Counted from the stretch's first letter, positions 22,487-31,624 are shown. The stretch is DNA of 32,000 nucleotides from an archaeon (GCA_035400625.1 DAOMZT010000002.1:1-32000), one strand, 5' to 3'. Translations and numbers: made by a program. Notes: a model not told the origin generated them from the sequence alone.

Positions 22487-22675
22487 AAATTTGATTATTT
22501 CTATAGTCCCTAAAATTTACCTGGCTGTTATTCAACAGGAGATACTGTAGAAGAATTAATTACAAATATGAAAGAAGCTATTTCTTTGTATGTAGAAGTT
22601 AAAATTATAAGATTTAAAAAATATTGTGCTTTTTTTGTATTACTCACAACCATGTATTACTCGATACTTTTTTAA
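22487..22675 (+). pseudogene. HicB/UPF0150-like antitoxin remnant (no start codon, in-frame TAA)
   Basis: The frame reads KFDYFYSP*NLPGCYSTGDTVEELITNMKEAISLYVEV. The LPGC.S.G.T.EE....EAI core is the HicB-family signature. The N-terminal half is missing and a TAA interrupts it at 22511..22513. Confidence 0.45.
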
Positions 22676-22694
22676 ATATTATGAGTAATACAAA
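22634..22694. promoter_or_regulatory. 13-bp perfect inverted repeat (plus one direct half-site) immediately upstream of fic
   Basis: TTTGTATTACTCA (22634..22646) and TGAGTAATACAAA (22682..22694) are exact reverse complements. A third half-site, TGTATTACTCG, is at 22653..22663. The right arm ends 6 nt before the fic ATG. Confidence 0.45.
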
Positions 22695-22700
22695 TATATT

Positions 22701-23636
22701 ATGAGCTATTTATCTAAACTTAAAAGAAATGGAAAAACCTATTATTACCTTGTAGAGAACATTTCTGTTTCAAAGGGAAAGAGAAAGCAGATTAGAAAGT
22801 ATATTGGAACAACAAAACCTACTGAAAAACAATTATCCTTACAATTATCTAAATTTGAAAAAGAAATTGAATCTAAAAGAAAGAAAATACAAGGATTTGA
22901 GTATTTAACAAGAGATGAAATTAAAGAAATAGATTCTATAAATGCAAACTTTTGGAAAAAATATAATGCTTTAACAAAAACAGAAAAAAAAGGTTTTTGG
23001 AATAATTTCATTAATGTCTTTGTATATAATACTAATTCTATTGAAGGCTCAACATTAACCATAAAAGAAGTTGAATTGCTATTATCTGAAAACATATCTC
23101 CAAATAGACCTTTAGAAGATGTATTAGAAACAAAATCTGCAAAAAAAGCAATTGATTATATTTTAGGATATAAAGGAGACTTATCTATCGATTTAATTAC
23201 AGAATTACATAAAATTTATTTTAAAGAAAGCTTTCCAGATATTGCAGGAAAATTAAAAAGATTAAACAATAGAATAATCGGTTCTAAGTTTGATACAACA
23301 CCAAAAGAATTGGTCTTAACCGATTTAAAGATATTTATAGAAAACTATAATAAACTTAAAAAAAAACTACATCCAATAGAACTTTCAGCATGGGCACATT
23401 GGGCTTTTGTAAAGATACATCCTTTTCAGGATGGGAACGGAAGAATATCAAGATTAATAATGAATTTTATTCTTCATAAAAACAAATATGCATTAATTGA
23501 CATTAAGACAAAAGAAAAGCAAGCATATTTTAATGCACTTGAAAGATGTAATTATATTAATAATGGAAAACCATTGGCACAAAGACTAGTTAGAAGATTC
23601 AAAAAACAATATTTAAATATTTTTTCTGAATTATAA
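22701..23636 (+). CDS. fic: Fic-domain protein (AMPylase family) with an N-terminal auto-inhibitory motif
   Basis: Fic motif HPFQDGNGRISR. The upstream TNSIEG fits the (S/T)xxxE(G/N) inhibitory helix motif of class II Fic proteins. Confidence 0.85.
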   Translation: MSYLSKLKRNGKTYYYLVENISVSKGKRKQIRKYIGTTKPTEKQLSLQLSKFEKEIESKRKKIQGFEYLTRDEIKEIDSINANFWKKYNALTKTEKKGFWNNFINVFVYNTNSIEGSTLTIKEVELLLSENISPNRPLEDVLETKSAKKAIDYILGYKGDLSIDLITELHKIYFKESFPDIAGKLKRLNNRIIGSKFDTTPKELVLTDLKIFIENYNKLKKKLHPIELSAWAHWAFVKIHPFQDGNGRISRLIMNFILHKNKYALIDIKTKEKQAYFNALERCNYINNGKPLAQRLVRRFKKQYLNIFSEL

Positions 23637-23691
23637 GATTAATAATACTATCTGTAATTGAAAGAAATAAAAATAAAAATTGCGAGAAAAT

Positions 23692-25086
23692 ATGAAACGA
23701 ACAAAGATTATTTGTACAATTGGTCCTTCTTCAAAGAACCCAGTAATTCTTAAAGAATTAATAAGGAATGGAATGAATGTTGCAAGACTTAATTGCTCTC
23801 ATGGAGATTACCAAGAAAAATTAGAAAAAATAAAAGCAATAAGAAGCATAGATGAGACAATTGGTATAATGCTGGATACTAAAGGGCCTGAAATTAGAAC
23901 AGGGGATTTTGACAAAGAATATTATCTAAAACAAAATTCTAAAATCACTATAAAAAACAAAGACATTATTGGAAATGAAAATGAATTTTCAATAACTTAT
24001 AAAAACCTACATAACATCGTAAAGAAAGGAAACAGAATATTGCTAGATGATGGGCTTATTGAACTTGTTGTTCTAGATATAAAAAATAAAGACATCATCT
24101 GTAAAGTAATTAACTCCGGAAATATAAGTTCAAGAAAAGGAGTTAATCTTCCTGATTGCGAAATAAATATGCCTTCAATAACAAAAAAAGACATAGAAGA
24201 CATTGAGTTTGGAATAAAAAACAAAATAGATTTTATTGCTGTATCTTTTGTAAAAAGTGCTGATGATATAAATAAGGTAAAAAAAATACTCAAAAAACAC
24301 AAGGCAGAAAACATAGAAGTTATTGCCAAAATAGAACATAAAAAAGCAATTGAAAATATTAAAGAAATAATTTCTGTGGCTGATGGAGTAATGATTGCTA
24401 GAGGAGATTTAGCAGTAGAGTATAATTTTGAAAAAATACCATTAATTCAAAGAGAGATTATAAAACAAGTTACTGAAAATGGAAAATACTCAATTGTTGC
24501 AACCCAAATGCTTGAATCAATGATAAAAAACTCAAGACCAACAAGAGCAGAAGTTACTGATGTAGCAAATGCAGTGTTATTAAGAGCTGATTGTGTTATG
24601 CTTTCAGGAGAAACAGCAAAAGGCTCTTATCCTGTAGAGTCTATAAAGGCCATGTCAAAGATTATAAAAGAAGTAGAAGAGAATATCTATAAAAATAAAA
24701 TATTTGATAAAACAGATTCAAACTATTCAGAAAACATAGCAAGATCAACAGTTTATACATTAAATCAACTTAATATAGAAAAAGTAATTGTGCCAACAAA
24801 TACTGGTTATTCAGCAAGGTTAATTTCAAAATACAGACCTAATGCTAAAATCTATTCTTTAGTATTCTGTAAAGATGTTTTAAGAAAACTATCTATTATT
24901 TATGGCGTTGAAGGGTATATGGTAAATAAAGAAAATAGTTTTTCTAAGATTATCTTAAATGGGCTAAAAATATTATTAAAGAACAAAAAGATAAATAAAG
25001 AAGAAACTGTTTTGATTACTGGTGGGTATAAAAACGAAAAAACCAACTCTTTAATTATTAATAAAGTAAGTAATTTCTTTAAGTAA
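23692..25086 (+). CDS. pyk: Pyruvate kinase
   Basis: MKRTKIICTIGP, GMNVARLNCSHG, MLDTKGPEIRTG, IAKIE, MIARGDLAVE, ATQMLESM, and a C-terminal regulatory domain. The first ATG is at 23692 (the track starts at TTG 23680). Confidence 0.9.
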   Translation: MKRTKIICTIGPSSKNPVILKELIRNGMNVARLNCSHGDYQEKLEKIKAIRSIDETIGIMLDTKGPEIRTGDFDKEYYLKQNSKITIKNKDIIGNENEFSITYKNLHNIVKKGNRILLDDGLIELVVLDIKNKDIICKVINSGNISSRKGVNLPDCEINMPSITKKDIEDIEFGIKNKIDFIAVSFVKSADDINKVKKILKKHKAENIEVIAKIEHKKAIENIKEIISVADGVMIARGDLAVEYNFEKIPLIQREIIKQVTENGKYSIVATQMLESMIKNSRPTRAEVTDVANAVLLRADCVMLSGETAKGSYPVESIKAMSKIIKEVEENIYKNKIFDKTDSNYSENIARSTVYTLNQLNIEKVIVPTNTGYSARLISKYRPNAKIYSLVFCKDVLRKLSIIYGVEGYMVNKENSFSKIILNGLKILLKNKKINKEETVLITGGYKNEKTNSLIINKVSNFFK

Positions 25087-25182
25087 TCACTATCACAAAT
25101 TTGAGAAAAAACGAATTTTAATCTTTAGAAATGCCAGATAAAGGAAAGAACCCTTTTTAAATATTATTAATCTATTTCTTTT

Positions 25183-25869
25183 ATGCCACCAGTAGGAATA
25201 ACATTTAGAAGACATGCTCAAAAGACTATACCAAGCGGTAGACGTATAACTAAAAGAGGTAGAAAGGCAACTAGAAATTTAGCAGAAAATATAGTGAAAG
25301 AGAACCCTGGATATAAACCAAAAATCTTTACTTCTACTGAGAATAGAACTATTGAAACAGCAGAAATCTTAAAAAGAAGTACAAAAACCAAATACACCTT
25401 AAGAGAAAATAAAGGATTAAGAGGCCACGAGTATTTCGCAGGAGAAAGAATAAAAACTACTAAAAAAGACAACCTCTTAACTTTTTGTAAAAACACCTTG
25501 GTAAAAGCAGGAATAGTAAATGATCCGTTGCTTATTAAGATTTGGTTAAATGGTCATTTCCCTAAAAAAATAATACCTAAGCCAGAAGCTATGGCTGATC
25601 TGATTATAAAAGACAGATTTAAGCTTCCAAAAAGAGTAAACAAAATGACAGACAGAACAATTAATTTTGAAAACATTACACATGATGTGGTTATTGCTGC
25701 TCTTTTTCAAAGACTTTCTGGTGTAAAATATCATAAAAGATTTAAAGAGTTGCCAAAAGAACTAGAATCTCTAAGAATTGATATAACAAAAGAAGGCAAA
25801 GCTACAATGGCTTTTAGAGATTATAAAGAAGATATAACTAAAAGATTAAATGCGATATTATCTAGTTAG
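25183..25869 (+). CDS. Histidine phosphatase superfamily (PGAM/SixA-like) protein
   Basis: ITFRRHAQ (RHG-type motif), ITKRGRKATRNLAE, IFTSTENRTIETAEIL, and a distal ITHDVVIAALF (second catalytic His). Confidence 0.55.
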   Translation: MPPVGITFRRHAQKTIPSGRRITKRGRKATRNLAENIVKENPGYKPKIFTSTENRTIETAEILKRSTKTKYTLRENKGLRGHEYFAGERIKTTKKDNLLTFCKNTLVKAGIVNDPLLIKIWLNGHFPKKIIPKPEAMADLIIKDRFKLPKRVNKMTDRTINFENITHDVVIAALFQRLSGVKYHKRFKELPKELESLRIDITKEGKATMAFRDYKEDITKRLNAILSS

Positions 25870-25958
25870 CTTTTGTTTTGTAATGAAATTTAGATGCGTT
25901 TAATCTTAATTTATAAATCAATTGCTATTTAATAATATTAAATAAAGGAAATAAAATT

Positions 25959-27308
25959 ATGAAAAATAACAAACTAAATTTTGAAGACCTGGTCAAAGAT
26001 AAGCAAATATTACAAGCAATACATAATATTGGAATAAAGACCCCAACTGAGATACAAGAAAAAGCAATACCATTAATTCTTGAAGGCAAAAACATAATAG
26101 CTCAATCAGCAACAGGAACAGGAAAAACAATTGCATTTCTTGCAGGGATTTTACCATCAATAACAAAACAAAAAAAAATTCAAGCACTAATTATTGTGCC
26201 AACAAGAGAACTAGCAAACCAAGTTTATGAAGAAACAAAAAAGATATCAAAGATTAAAGAACTTCAAGCATGTGTTATCTTTGGAGGTGCCTCTGTTAGC
26301 AATCAGGCAAGACAATTAAAGCAAGCAGATATTGTTATTGGAACACCTGGAAGAATAATTGACCAATTTGAAAGAAAAAACCTAAAACTAAACAATATTA
26401 AATATCTTGTTTTAGATGAGGCGGACAGAATGTGCGACATGGGCTTTTCTGAAGACATCTCCAGAATTATTGAACAATTGCCAAAAGAAAGGCAAACACT
26501 TCTTTTCTCAGCAACAATAACAAACGACGTTTCAAATATTGAGAGAAAATACATCCCAAAAGCTCAAAGAATAGTAGTACAAACATATGTTGATCCAAAA
26601 AACCTTTTACAAGAATATTATCTAATTAAACAAAATCAAAAATTTGCTTTGCTTTTGCATCTTGTTAAGCAACATAGTAAGAAAGCTATTGTTTTTTGCA
26701 ATACTAGAAGCGAAGTAGATGTTATTTACAATAACCTAAAAGAACATAGAATTGCTTGCTTTAAACTGCATGGTGGCCTAGAACAAAATAAGAGATCAGG
26801 AACAATAGAAAGATATCATGCAGATATTGATGGCTTGTTAATTTCTACAGATGTCTCAGCAAGAGGAATACATATTGATAATCTGGAATATATTTATAAT
26901 TATGACTTGCCAAAAGACAACACGCAATATATACACAGAATTGGAAGAACAGCAAGAGCAGGAAAAAAAGGAAAAGCAATATCAATAATTACTCAAAAAG
27001 AAGAAGAGGATTTTTTAAAAATGTGTGAGAAGTTTGGCTTTACGGTAGAAGAAAAAACCTTACCTGCTATTGTCCCTGTAACTTTAAAAAGAACAAAAGA
27101 ACAAAAAGAAGCACTTGAAAAAATAAACAGATACAAGCAAAGAAAAGAACATTTTAGTAAAAATAAAAAAGAAAGAAGAAAAGAAAACCAAAGAAAGCTT
27201 GTGATTGGAGAATTAACGGAAGAAGATATTAGAAAGAAAAGAATTGGTTTCTTAAAACATAAGAAAAAAATCAGGCAAAAAAAATACTTAAAAAGAGGAA
27301 GAAGATGA
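25959..27308 (+). CDS. DEAD-box ATP-dependent RNA helicase with a Lys/Arg-rich C-terminal tail
   Basis: Q motif TPTEIQ, motif I AQSATGTGKT, PTRELA, TPGR, DEAD, SAT, HRIGRTARAG. Confidence 0.9.
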   Translation: MKNNKLNFEDLVKDKQILQAIHNIGIKTPTEIQEKAIPLILEGKNIIAQSATGTGKTIAFLAGILPSITKQKKIQALIIVPTRELANQVYEETKKISKIKELQACVIFGGASVSNQARQLKQADIVIGTPGRIIDQFERKNLKLNNIKYLVLDEADRMCDMGFSEDISRIIEQLPKERQTLLFSATITNDVSNIERKYIPKAQRIVVQTYVDPKNLLQEYYLIKQNQKFALLLHLVKQHSKKAIVFCNTRSEVDVIYNNLKEHRIACFKLHGGLEQNKRSGTIERYHADIDGLLISTDVSARGIHIDNLEYIYNYDLPKDNTQYIHRIGRTARAGKKGKAISIITQKEEEDFLKMCEKFGFTVEEKTLPAIVPVTLKRTKEQKEALEKINRYKQRKEHFSKNKKERRKENQRKLVIGELTEEDIRKKRIGFLKHKKKIRQKKYLKRGRR

Positions 27309-27862
27309 ATATAAAAACAAAATCAAAAAAACTAGAAAACACCATATATAACATCATAATTTTCACTTTGATTTTTGCATTAGTAATTAGCTTTGTTTTT
27401 ACCATAGACAAATTATTTTTAGAAAAACCAAAAGATACTTGTTATTTAGAAAACTATGGCTATATGCCAGAAACTAATATAAATCCTGATAACAATTGCT
27501 CTTATGATGAAGAATATATTAATTTCTGTTACAAAACAGAAGGAAACATAATTCATAAGAAAAACTGCCAAGTTGAATGTAGTTATTGTTATAGAGATTT
27601 TAACAAAGTAATGGATGCCTATAACAACAAAGTAAATCTAGGAAGAATGATATTTACTTTTCTTTTGGCTTTGTTAATGGCTTTTATATTAATTAGAGAC
27701 AAAATCATAAGATATGCTATTCTTTCAGCATCACTTGTTTCATTATTTGTTGCAACAATCTCTGCTATAAAGTTATTGAATAAGATATTGCCATTAGTAA
27801 TAATTGCTGAATTTTTACTTGTAATATTTATATATAAAAAAACAAGCAAAGAAAAGAAGTAG
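27305..27862 (+). CDS. hypothetical membrane protein with a Cys-rich (6 Cys) extracytoplasmic loop
   Basis: An N-terminal TM helix, a ~70-aa segment with six Cys, then three TM helices. The ATG overlaps the helicase stop (ATGA). Confidence 0.5.
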   Translation: MNIKTKSKKLENTIYNIIIFTLIFALVISFVFTIDKLFLEKPKDTCYLENYGYMPETNINPDNNCSYDEEYINFCYKTEGNIIHKKNCQVECSYCYRDFNKVMDAYNNKVNLGRMIFTFLLALLMAFILIRDKIIRYAILSASLVSLFVATISAIKLLNKILPLVIIAEFLLVIFIYKKTSKEKK

Positions 27863-27864
27863 AG

Positions 27865-28638
27865 CTATTTTGCAACACTTCTTCTGATAGTATTTCTTTT
27901 TCTTATTTGTTTTTTCTTATATTTAGGGTTATTATCAATAACTATGTAATTGTAATATCCTCCTTGGCGAACACCAGATATTAAATCATATTTGTATCTA
28001 GAGTGTTTAAAATTACGAAATACTTTCTCTGTCTTTTTTTCACCAAAATTTTTTTTACCCAAATTTCCAATTATATTTTTAAGTTTTTGAATAGAAACAA
28101 TAAGTGGGTTTTTAGCATTTGGTTTTTTATTTGTAATTTGTGTTTCTGAAATTGGAACAATAAAAGGCCTTGTAGCAGTTAATTTCTCATTTATTCTGTG
28201 TGTTTTTGTATATGCAAACATATACATGAATTTAGAACTATAATTGGCTCTTTGATCTGCAATTACTCTTGCCATTAATTTTGTTCCTATGCCTTGTTCT
28301 TGATATTTTGGCTTAACAAAAAATTCATTTAAATAGAACGCATTGTCGTTTGGTTTTGCAATAATATTATAATCTTTATTATTTAAAAAAAAAGAAACTG
28401 GTTTTAAAGAACCCAAAATCGCACCAACAAGTTCTTTTTCTCTATAACACAAATAAATTATAGTTTTTATAGCATTTGTTTTATACTTTTTTAGATCTCT
28501 TTCAAAACCAGAAACAGACCTATTATATAATGCATCAATTCCAGAAATCTCATTTAATGTGTTATGATCAATTTTATCTAGTTCTGTCCAATCGTATTTC
28601 TTATATCTCAGTGATGGTGGCATATCAGGGGTTTTCAT
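27865..28638 (-). CDS. GNAT-family N-acetyltransferase with a ~100-aa basic C-terminal extension
   Basis: Acetyl-CoA binding motif A, FVKPKYQEQGIGTKLMARV (Q/RxxGxG/A), preceded by a beta-strand pattern typical of GNAT. The tail ends KYKKKQIRKRNTIRRSVAK. Confidence 0.55.
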   Translation of the reverse strand: MKTPDMPPSLRYKKYDWTELDKIDHNTLNEISGIDALYNRSVSGFERDLKKYKTNAIKTIIYLCYREKELVGAILGSLKPVSFFLNNKDYNIIAKPNDNAFYLNEFFVKPKYQEQGIGTKLMARVIADQRANYSSKFMYMFAYTKTHRINEKLTATRPFIVPISETQITNKKPNAKNPLIVSIQKLKNIIGNLGKKNFGEKKTEKVFRNFKHSRYKYDLISGVRQGGYYNYIVIDNNPKYKKKQIRKRNTIRRSVAK

Positions 28639-28811
28639 ATTTAAAGATAATACTATAGAAAGTATTTTAAAGCAATTGACTTATATTTTTTTAATTACCA
28701 ATATTGTGGTTGGGACAATAGAACACAAGAAAAATCCTAACAAAACATATTTAAATACTACATATCTATATATAAATAGAAAAAATATAAATTTAAAAAA
28801 GAGGAATAAAA

Positions 28812-29105
28812 ATGTTTCCAGGATATTGGAGTGAAGGAGCAGGAGATAAGACCTGTTCAAAATGTATAAGATTTAGACCAAATGTTACAAATAAAAATAA
28901 AGGCACTTGTGTTGGCAGAGATGTTGTTGCTACAGGTGGCTGTGAGATGTTTGTTAAAAAAAGGGCTATAAAAGTAGTAGCTAAAGTCAAAAAAACAGAA
29001 GCAAAAAAGAAGGTAAAGAAAGTAGCTAAAATCAAGAAAACAGAACCTAAAAAGAAAGTAACTACTACTAAAAAAGTAAAAACTAAAAAGAAGGTAAAAA
29101 AATGA
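28812..29105 (+). CDS. Small protein: 4-Cys HiPIP-like metal-binding module fused to a Lys-rich repeat tail
   Basis: CSKC-x14-C-x11-C (..GTCVGRDVVATGGCEMF), reminiscent of the HiPIP C-x2-C...G.C....V...GWC pattern. The tail is KVVAKVKKTEAKKKVKKVAKIKKTEPKKKV.... SD-like AGAGGA lies upstream. Confidence 0.45.
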   Translation: MFPGYWSEGAGDKTCSKCIRFRPNVTNKNKGTCVGRDVVATGGCEMFVKKRAIKVVAKVKKTEAKKKVKKVAKIKKTEPKKKVTTTKKVKTKKKVKK

Positions 29106-29344
29106 GTATAAGTCTTGCAATTATTGGTTTAGCAATAATATTTATTGCTTGGTTATTTCAGTTCTTTTCTATGAACAAAAGAAGAGAAATATCAACTACG
29201 TTTATTATCGCATACTTTATTGGAACAATCCTATTAGTAATAGACGGTTATAAAGCAGGACTTATAGCAAATGCAATAATAAATGGGCTTATTGCTATTG
29301 CTGCTATTTGCGTACTAATAAGATTTTCAAAACCAAAAAGATAA
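29102..29344 (+). CDS. small hypothetical membrane protein (80 aa, about 3 TM)
   Basis: ATGA overlap with the upstream stop. The protein is uniformly hydrophobic. Confidence 0.45.
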   Translation: MSISLAIIGLAIIFIAWLFQFFSMNKRREISTTFIIAYFIGTILLVIDGYKAGLIANAIINGLIAIAAICVLIRFSKPKR

Positions 29345-29392
29345 ATATTAAGATTTAAATAAGAAATAAGGGGAAGGAAGGGGGAAGAGAAA

Positions 29393-29710
29393 ATGGTTAA
29401 AAAAAAGAAAAATATAAAAACAGAAAAAAACATTAAAGCAGTTAATAAAAAAAACACAAAAACAGAAAAAAAGGTAAAAACAGTTAGAAAGAAACAAACA
29501 AATAGAAAAAATAACATAAGACACGAAATATACTGGGATTATTTCTCATTAGTCATGTTCTTGGTGTTTTCTACATTGTTTATATCCATGATTATTGTAG
29601 AAATATTTTTTGTTCTTGGCAGGTCTGCATTATGGCTAACAATTCCTGTTACTGCAATACTTTGGGGGCTTAGCTACTTATTAGCAAGAGTAATATTTAA
29701 TAGAAAATAA
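29393..29710 (+). CDS. small protein with a Lys-rich N-terminal region (KTEK repeats) and two C-terminal TM helices
   Basis: GGAAGGGGGAAGAG SD-like tract upstream. N-terminus KKKKNIKTEKNIKAVNKKNTKTEKKVKTVRKK, then hydrophobic segments. Confidence 0.45.
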   Translation: MVKKKKNIKTEKNIKAVNKKNTKTEKKVKTVRKKQTNRKNNIRHEIYWDYFSLVMFLVFSTLFISMIIVEIFFVLGRSALWLTIPVTAILWGLSYLLARVIFNRK

Positions 29711-29782
29711 TTGGAAAATTAACAAAAAATTCAAATTTTATTTTTTAATGTTAAACATAACTGTGTAGGAGAAAGAATAAAC

Positions 29783-31003
29783 ATGTTTTCAAGCAGACCT
29801 CTCTTTGACTATATAACAAAGAAAGACTTTATAAAAATAAAAAAATTTGCAAAAGGCAAAAAAACTCCATTTTTAGTTATAGATCTTAAAAAGATTGAAG
29901 AAAAATATGATGAGCTAACTAAAAATATGCCATATGCAAAAATATACTATGCAGTCAAAGCAAATCCAGAAGATGATATCATTAAATTGCTTGCAAGAAA
30001 AGGATCTAATTTTGATGTTGCAACAATTTATGAGCTTGATCAGTTGTTAAGATTAAAGATTTCACCAAAAAGAATATCTTTTGGCAACACAATCAAAAAA
30101 GAAGAAGATATAGCTTATGCTTACAAGAAAGGCATTAGGTTATTTGCAACAGATTCAATAAGCGACATTAAAAAACTTGCAAAAGCAGCACCAGGCTCTA
30201 AAGTTTTCTTTAGAATAATTATGGAAGGAGGCTCTGCTGACTGGCCATTATCAAGAAAATTTGGTGCACACCCTGACATGATTTATCATCTCATATTTGA
30301 AGCAAAGAAGTTAGGATTAATACCTTATGGCGTGTCTTTCCATGTCGGATCACAACAAAGAGATATAGGGCAATGGGATCAAGCAATTTCACAATGTAAA
30401 TATTTATTTGATGCTGTTAAAGAAGAAGGAATAGAATTAAAACTAATAAATATGGGTGGTGGATTTCCAGCAAACTATATAAGCCCAACACACAATCTAG
30501 AAACTTACTCTAAAGAAATAACTAGATTTTTAGAAGATGACTTTGGAGAAAATTTTACTAAGAAATTAGAAATCATAATTGAGCCAGGTCGTTCAATTGC
30601 AGCAGATGCAGGAGTTATTGTTACAGAAGTTGTAATGATTTCTAAAAAATCCTTGTCTAATCAGTTTGATTGGGTGTATCTTGATGTTGGTAAATTTGGA
30701 GGGCTTATTGAAACACTTGATGAATCCATAAAGTATCCAATCTTTACAGAAAACTACAGAAAGCCACCAAAAGAAAAAGAATGCAGAGAAGTAATACTTG
30801 CAGGACCTACTTGTGACTCTACAGACACACTTTATGAAAAACACAAGTACTTTTTGCCTAAAAGTCTAAAAGAAGGGGATAGACTGTATATTCTTTCAAC
30901 TGGAGCATATACTAGAAGTTATAGCTCTATATATTTCAATGGATTTCCGCCACTTGAAGTTTATATTGTAAAAAATGGAACAAAAAATAAAAAAGAAGAA
31001 TAA
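29783..31003 (+). CDS. PLP-dependent group IV decarboxylase (ornithine/lysine decarboxylase-like)
   Basis: YAVKAN (PLP lysine), FDVAT, FHVGSQ, GGGFP, EPGRS, AGPTCDSTD, YILSTGAY. SD AGGAG lies upstream. Confidence 0.85.
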   Translation: MFSSRPLFDYITKKDFIKIKKFAKGKKTPFLVIDLKKIEEKYDELTKNMPYAKIYYAVKANPEDDIIKLLARKGSNFDVATIYELDQLLRLKISPKRISFGNTIKKEEDIAYAYKKGIRLFATDSISDIKKLAKAAPGSKVFFRIIMEGGSADWPLSRKFGAHPDMIYHLIFEAKKLGLIPYGVSFHVGSQQRDIGQWDQAISQCKYLFDAVKEEGIELKLINMGGGFPANYISPTHNLETYSKEITRFLEDDFGENFTKKLEIIIEPGRSIAADAGVIVTEVVMISKKSLSNQFDWVYLDVGKFGGLIETLDESIKYPIFTENYRKPPKEKECREVILAGPTCDSTDTLYEKHKYFLPKSLKEGDRLYILSTGAYTRSYSSIYFNGFPPLEVYIVKNGTKNKKEE

Positions 31004-31004
31004 T

Positions 31005-31619
31005 ATGAAAAAGAAATTACAAACAAAAAATAGTAAAAAAGGAGGAGGAAAAAACAAGTTCTTTTCTAAAGAGAATAGGGTCAAGGTAATCATCTTGATA
31101 TTAGCAATGCTATGTTTTCTTTTAATAATTACTTTTTCTTTAAAATATCTAAATAATAATAAAACTGAAAAGACTCAAGAATCAATGCCAGAACTTGGAA
31201 TTAATGAACAAACAGATAATCCAAATTTAGAAACTACGCCAGTAATAATATCTGGAGAAATAACAGAAAGCTCAAAGCTTGAAGATTTCTATGCAACAGG
31301 CAAACCAAGTTTTATAGTGTTTGCAGGAACTTATTGTGGGCACTGTCAAAGGCTTATACCAGAACTAGAAAAAGAGATCTGGAAAAATTATTCAAATAAA
31401 GCAAACATATGGATAGAAGTTATTGGCAATGGCGATTTTCCAACATCTATGCCACAAGGAGCAAATGAAAATATCATATATGAAGATATTATGGGCGAAT
31501 GCAGTTATGTTCCAGCATATGTAGTTTTAGACAAAGAAGGTAATCAGATATTAAGATCTTGCGGTTCAGAAAAAACAATTGCAGAAATCAAGTCTGCACT
31601 TGATAGTCAATTAAATTAA
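31005..31619 (+). CDS. Membrane-anchored thioredoxin-fold thiol:disulfide oxidoreductase (CGHC active site)
   Basis: A basic N-terminus, one TM helix, then FIVFAGTYCGHCQRLIPELE and VPAYVVLD (cis-Pro region). ATG 31005 avoids the overlap with the decarboxylase gene that the track start at 30975 would create. Confidence 0.7.
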   Translation: MKKKLQTKNSKKGGGKNKFFSKENRVKVIILILAMLCFLLIITFSLKYLNNNKTEKTQESMPELGINEQTDNPNLETTPVIISGEITESSKLEDFYATGKPSFIVFAGTYCGHCQRLIPELEKEIWKNYSNKANIWIEVIGNGDFPTSMPQGANENIIYEDIMGECSYVPAYVVLDKEGNQILRSCGSEKTIAEIKSALDSQLN

Positions 31620-31624
31620 CACAC

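Noticed and set aside
23680-23691. TTG start for pyruvate kinase given by the ORF track (also TTG 1796 for family A paralog 1 and ATG 30975 for the thioredoxin-like gene)
   Set aside because: In-frame ATGs a few codons downstream (23692, 1802, 31005) give N-termini matching family consensus or avoid overlap with the upstream gene.
22745-25734. Antisense or alternative-frame ORFs inside fic, pyk and the phosphatase gene (22745..23095-, 23997..24329-, 25218..25496-, 25546..25734-). Similar ones occur elsewhere: 184..396-, 764..985-, 896..1141+, 1409..1612-, 2391..2744-, 6805..7044+, 7692..7883-, 9304..9546+, 14012..14260+, 14789..14992+, 15791..16012+, 18824..19045-, 19693..19941+, 25993..26187-, 26303..26554-, 27619..27849-, 28476..28658+, 30593..30844-, 30896..31093-
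   Set aside because: Each is nested in a longer ORF with clear family motifs. They have Phe/Leu/Ser-rich composition typical of the reverse complement of Lys/Glu-rich genes, and no SD or motif support.
28955-29520. A-rich, quasi-repetitive DNA considered as a non-coding tandem repeat or low-complexity artefact
   Set aside because: The periodicity is in frame with ORFs that have SD sequences and structured N- or C-terminal domains. It encodes Lys-rich repeats. The minus-strand ORFs in the track (28793..29035, 28857..29120, 29248..29517) are Phe-rich mirror images.
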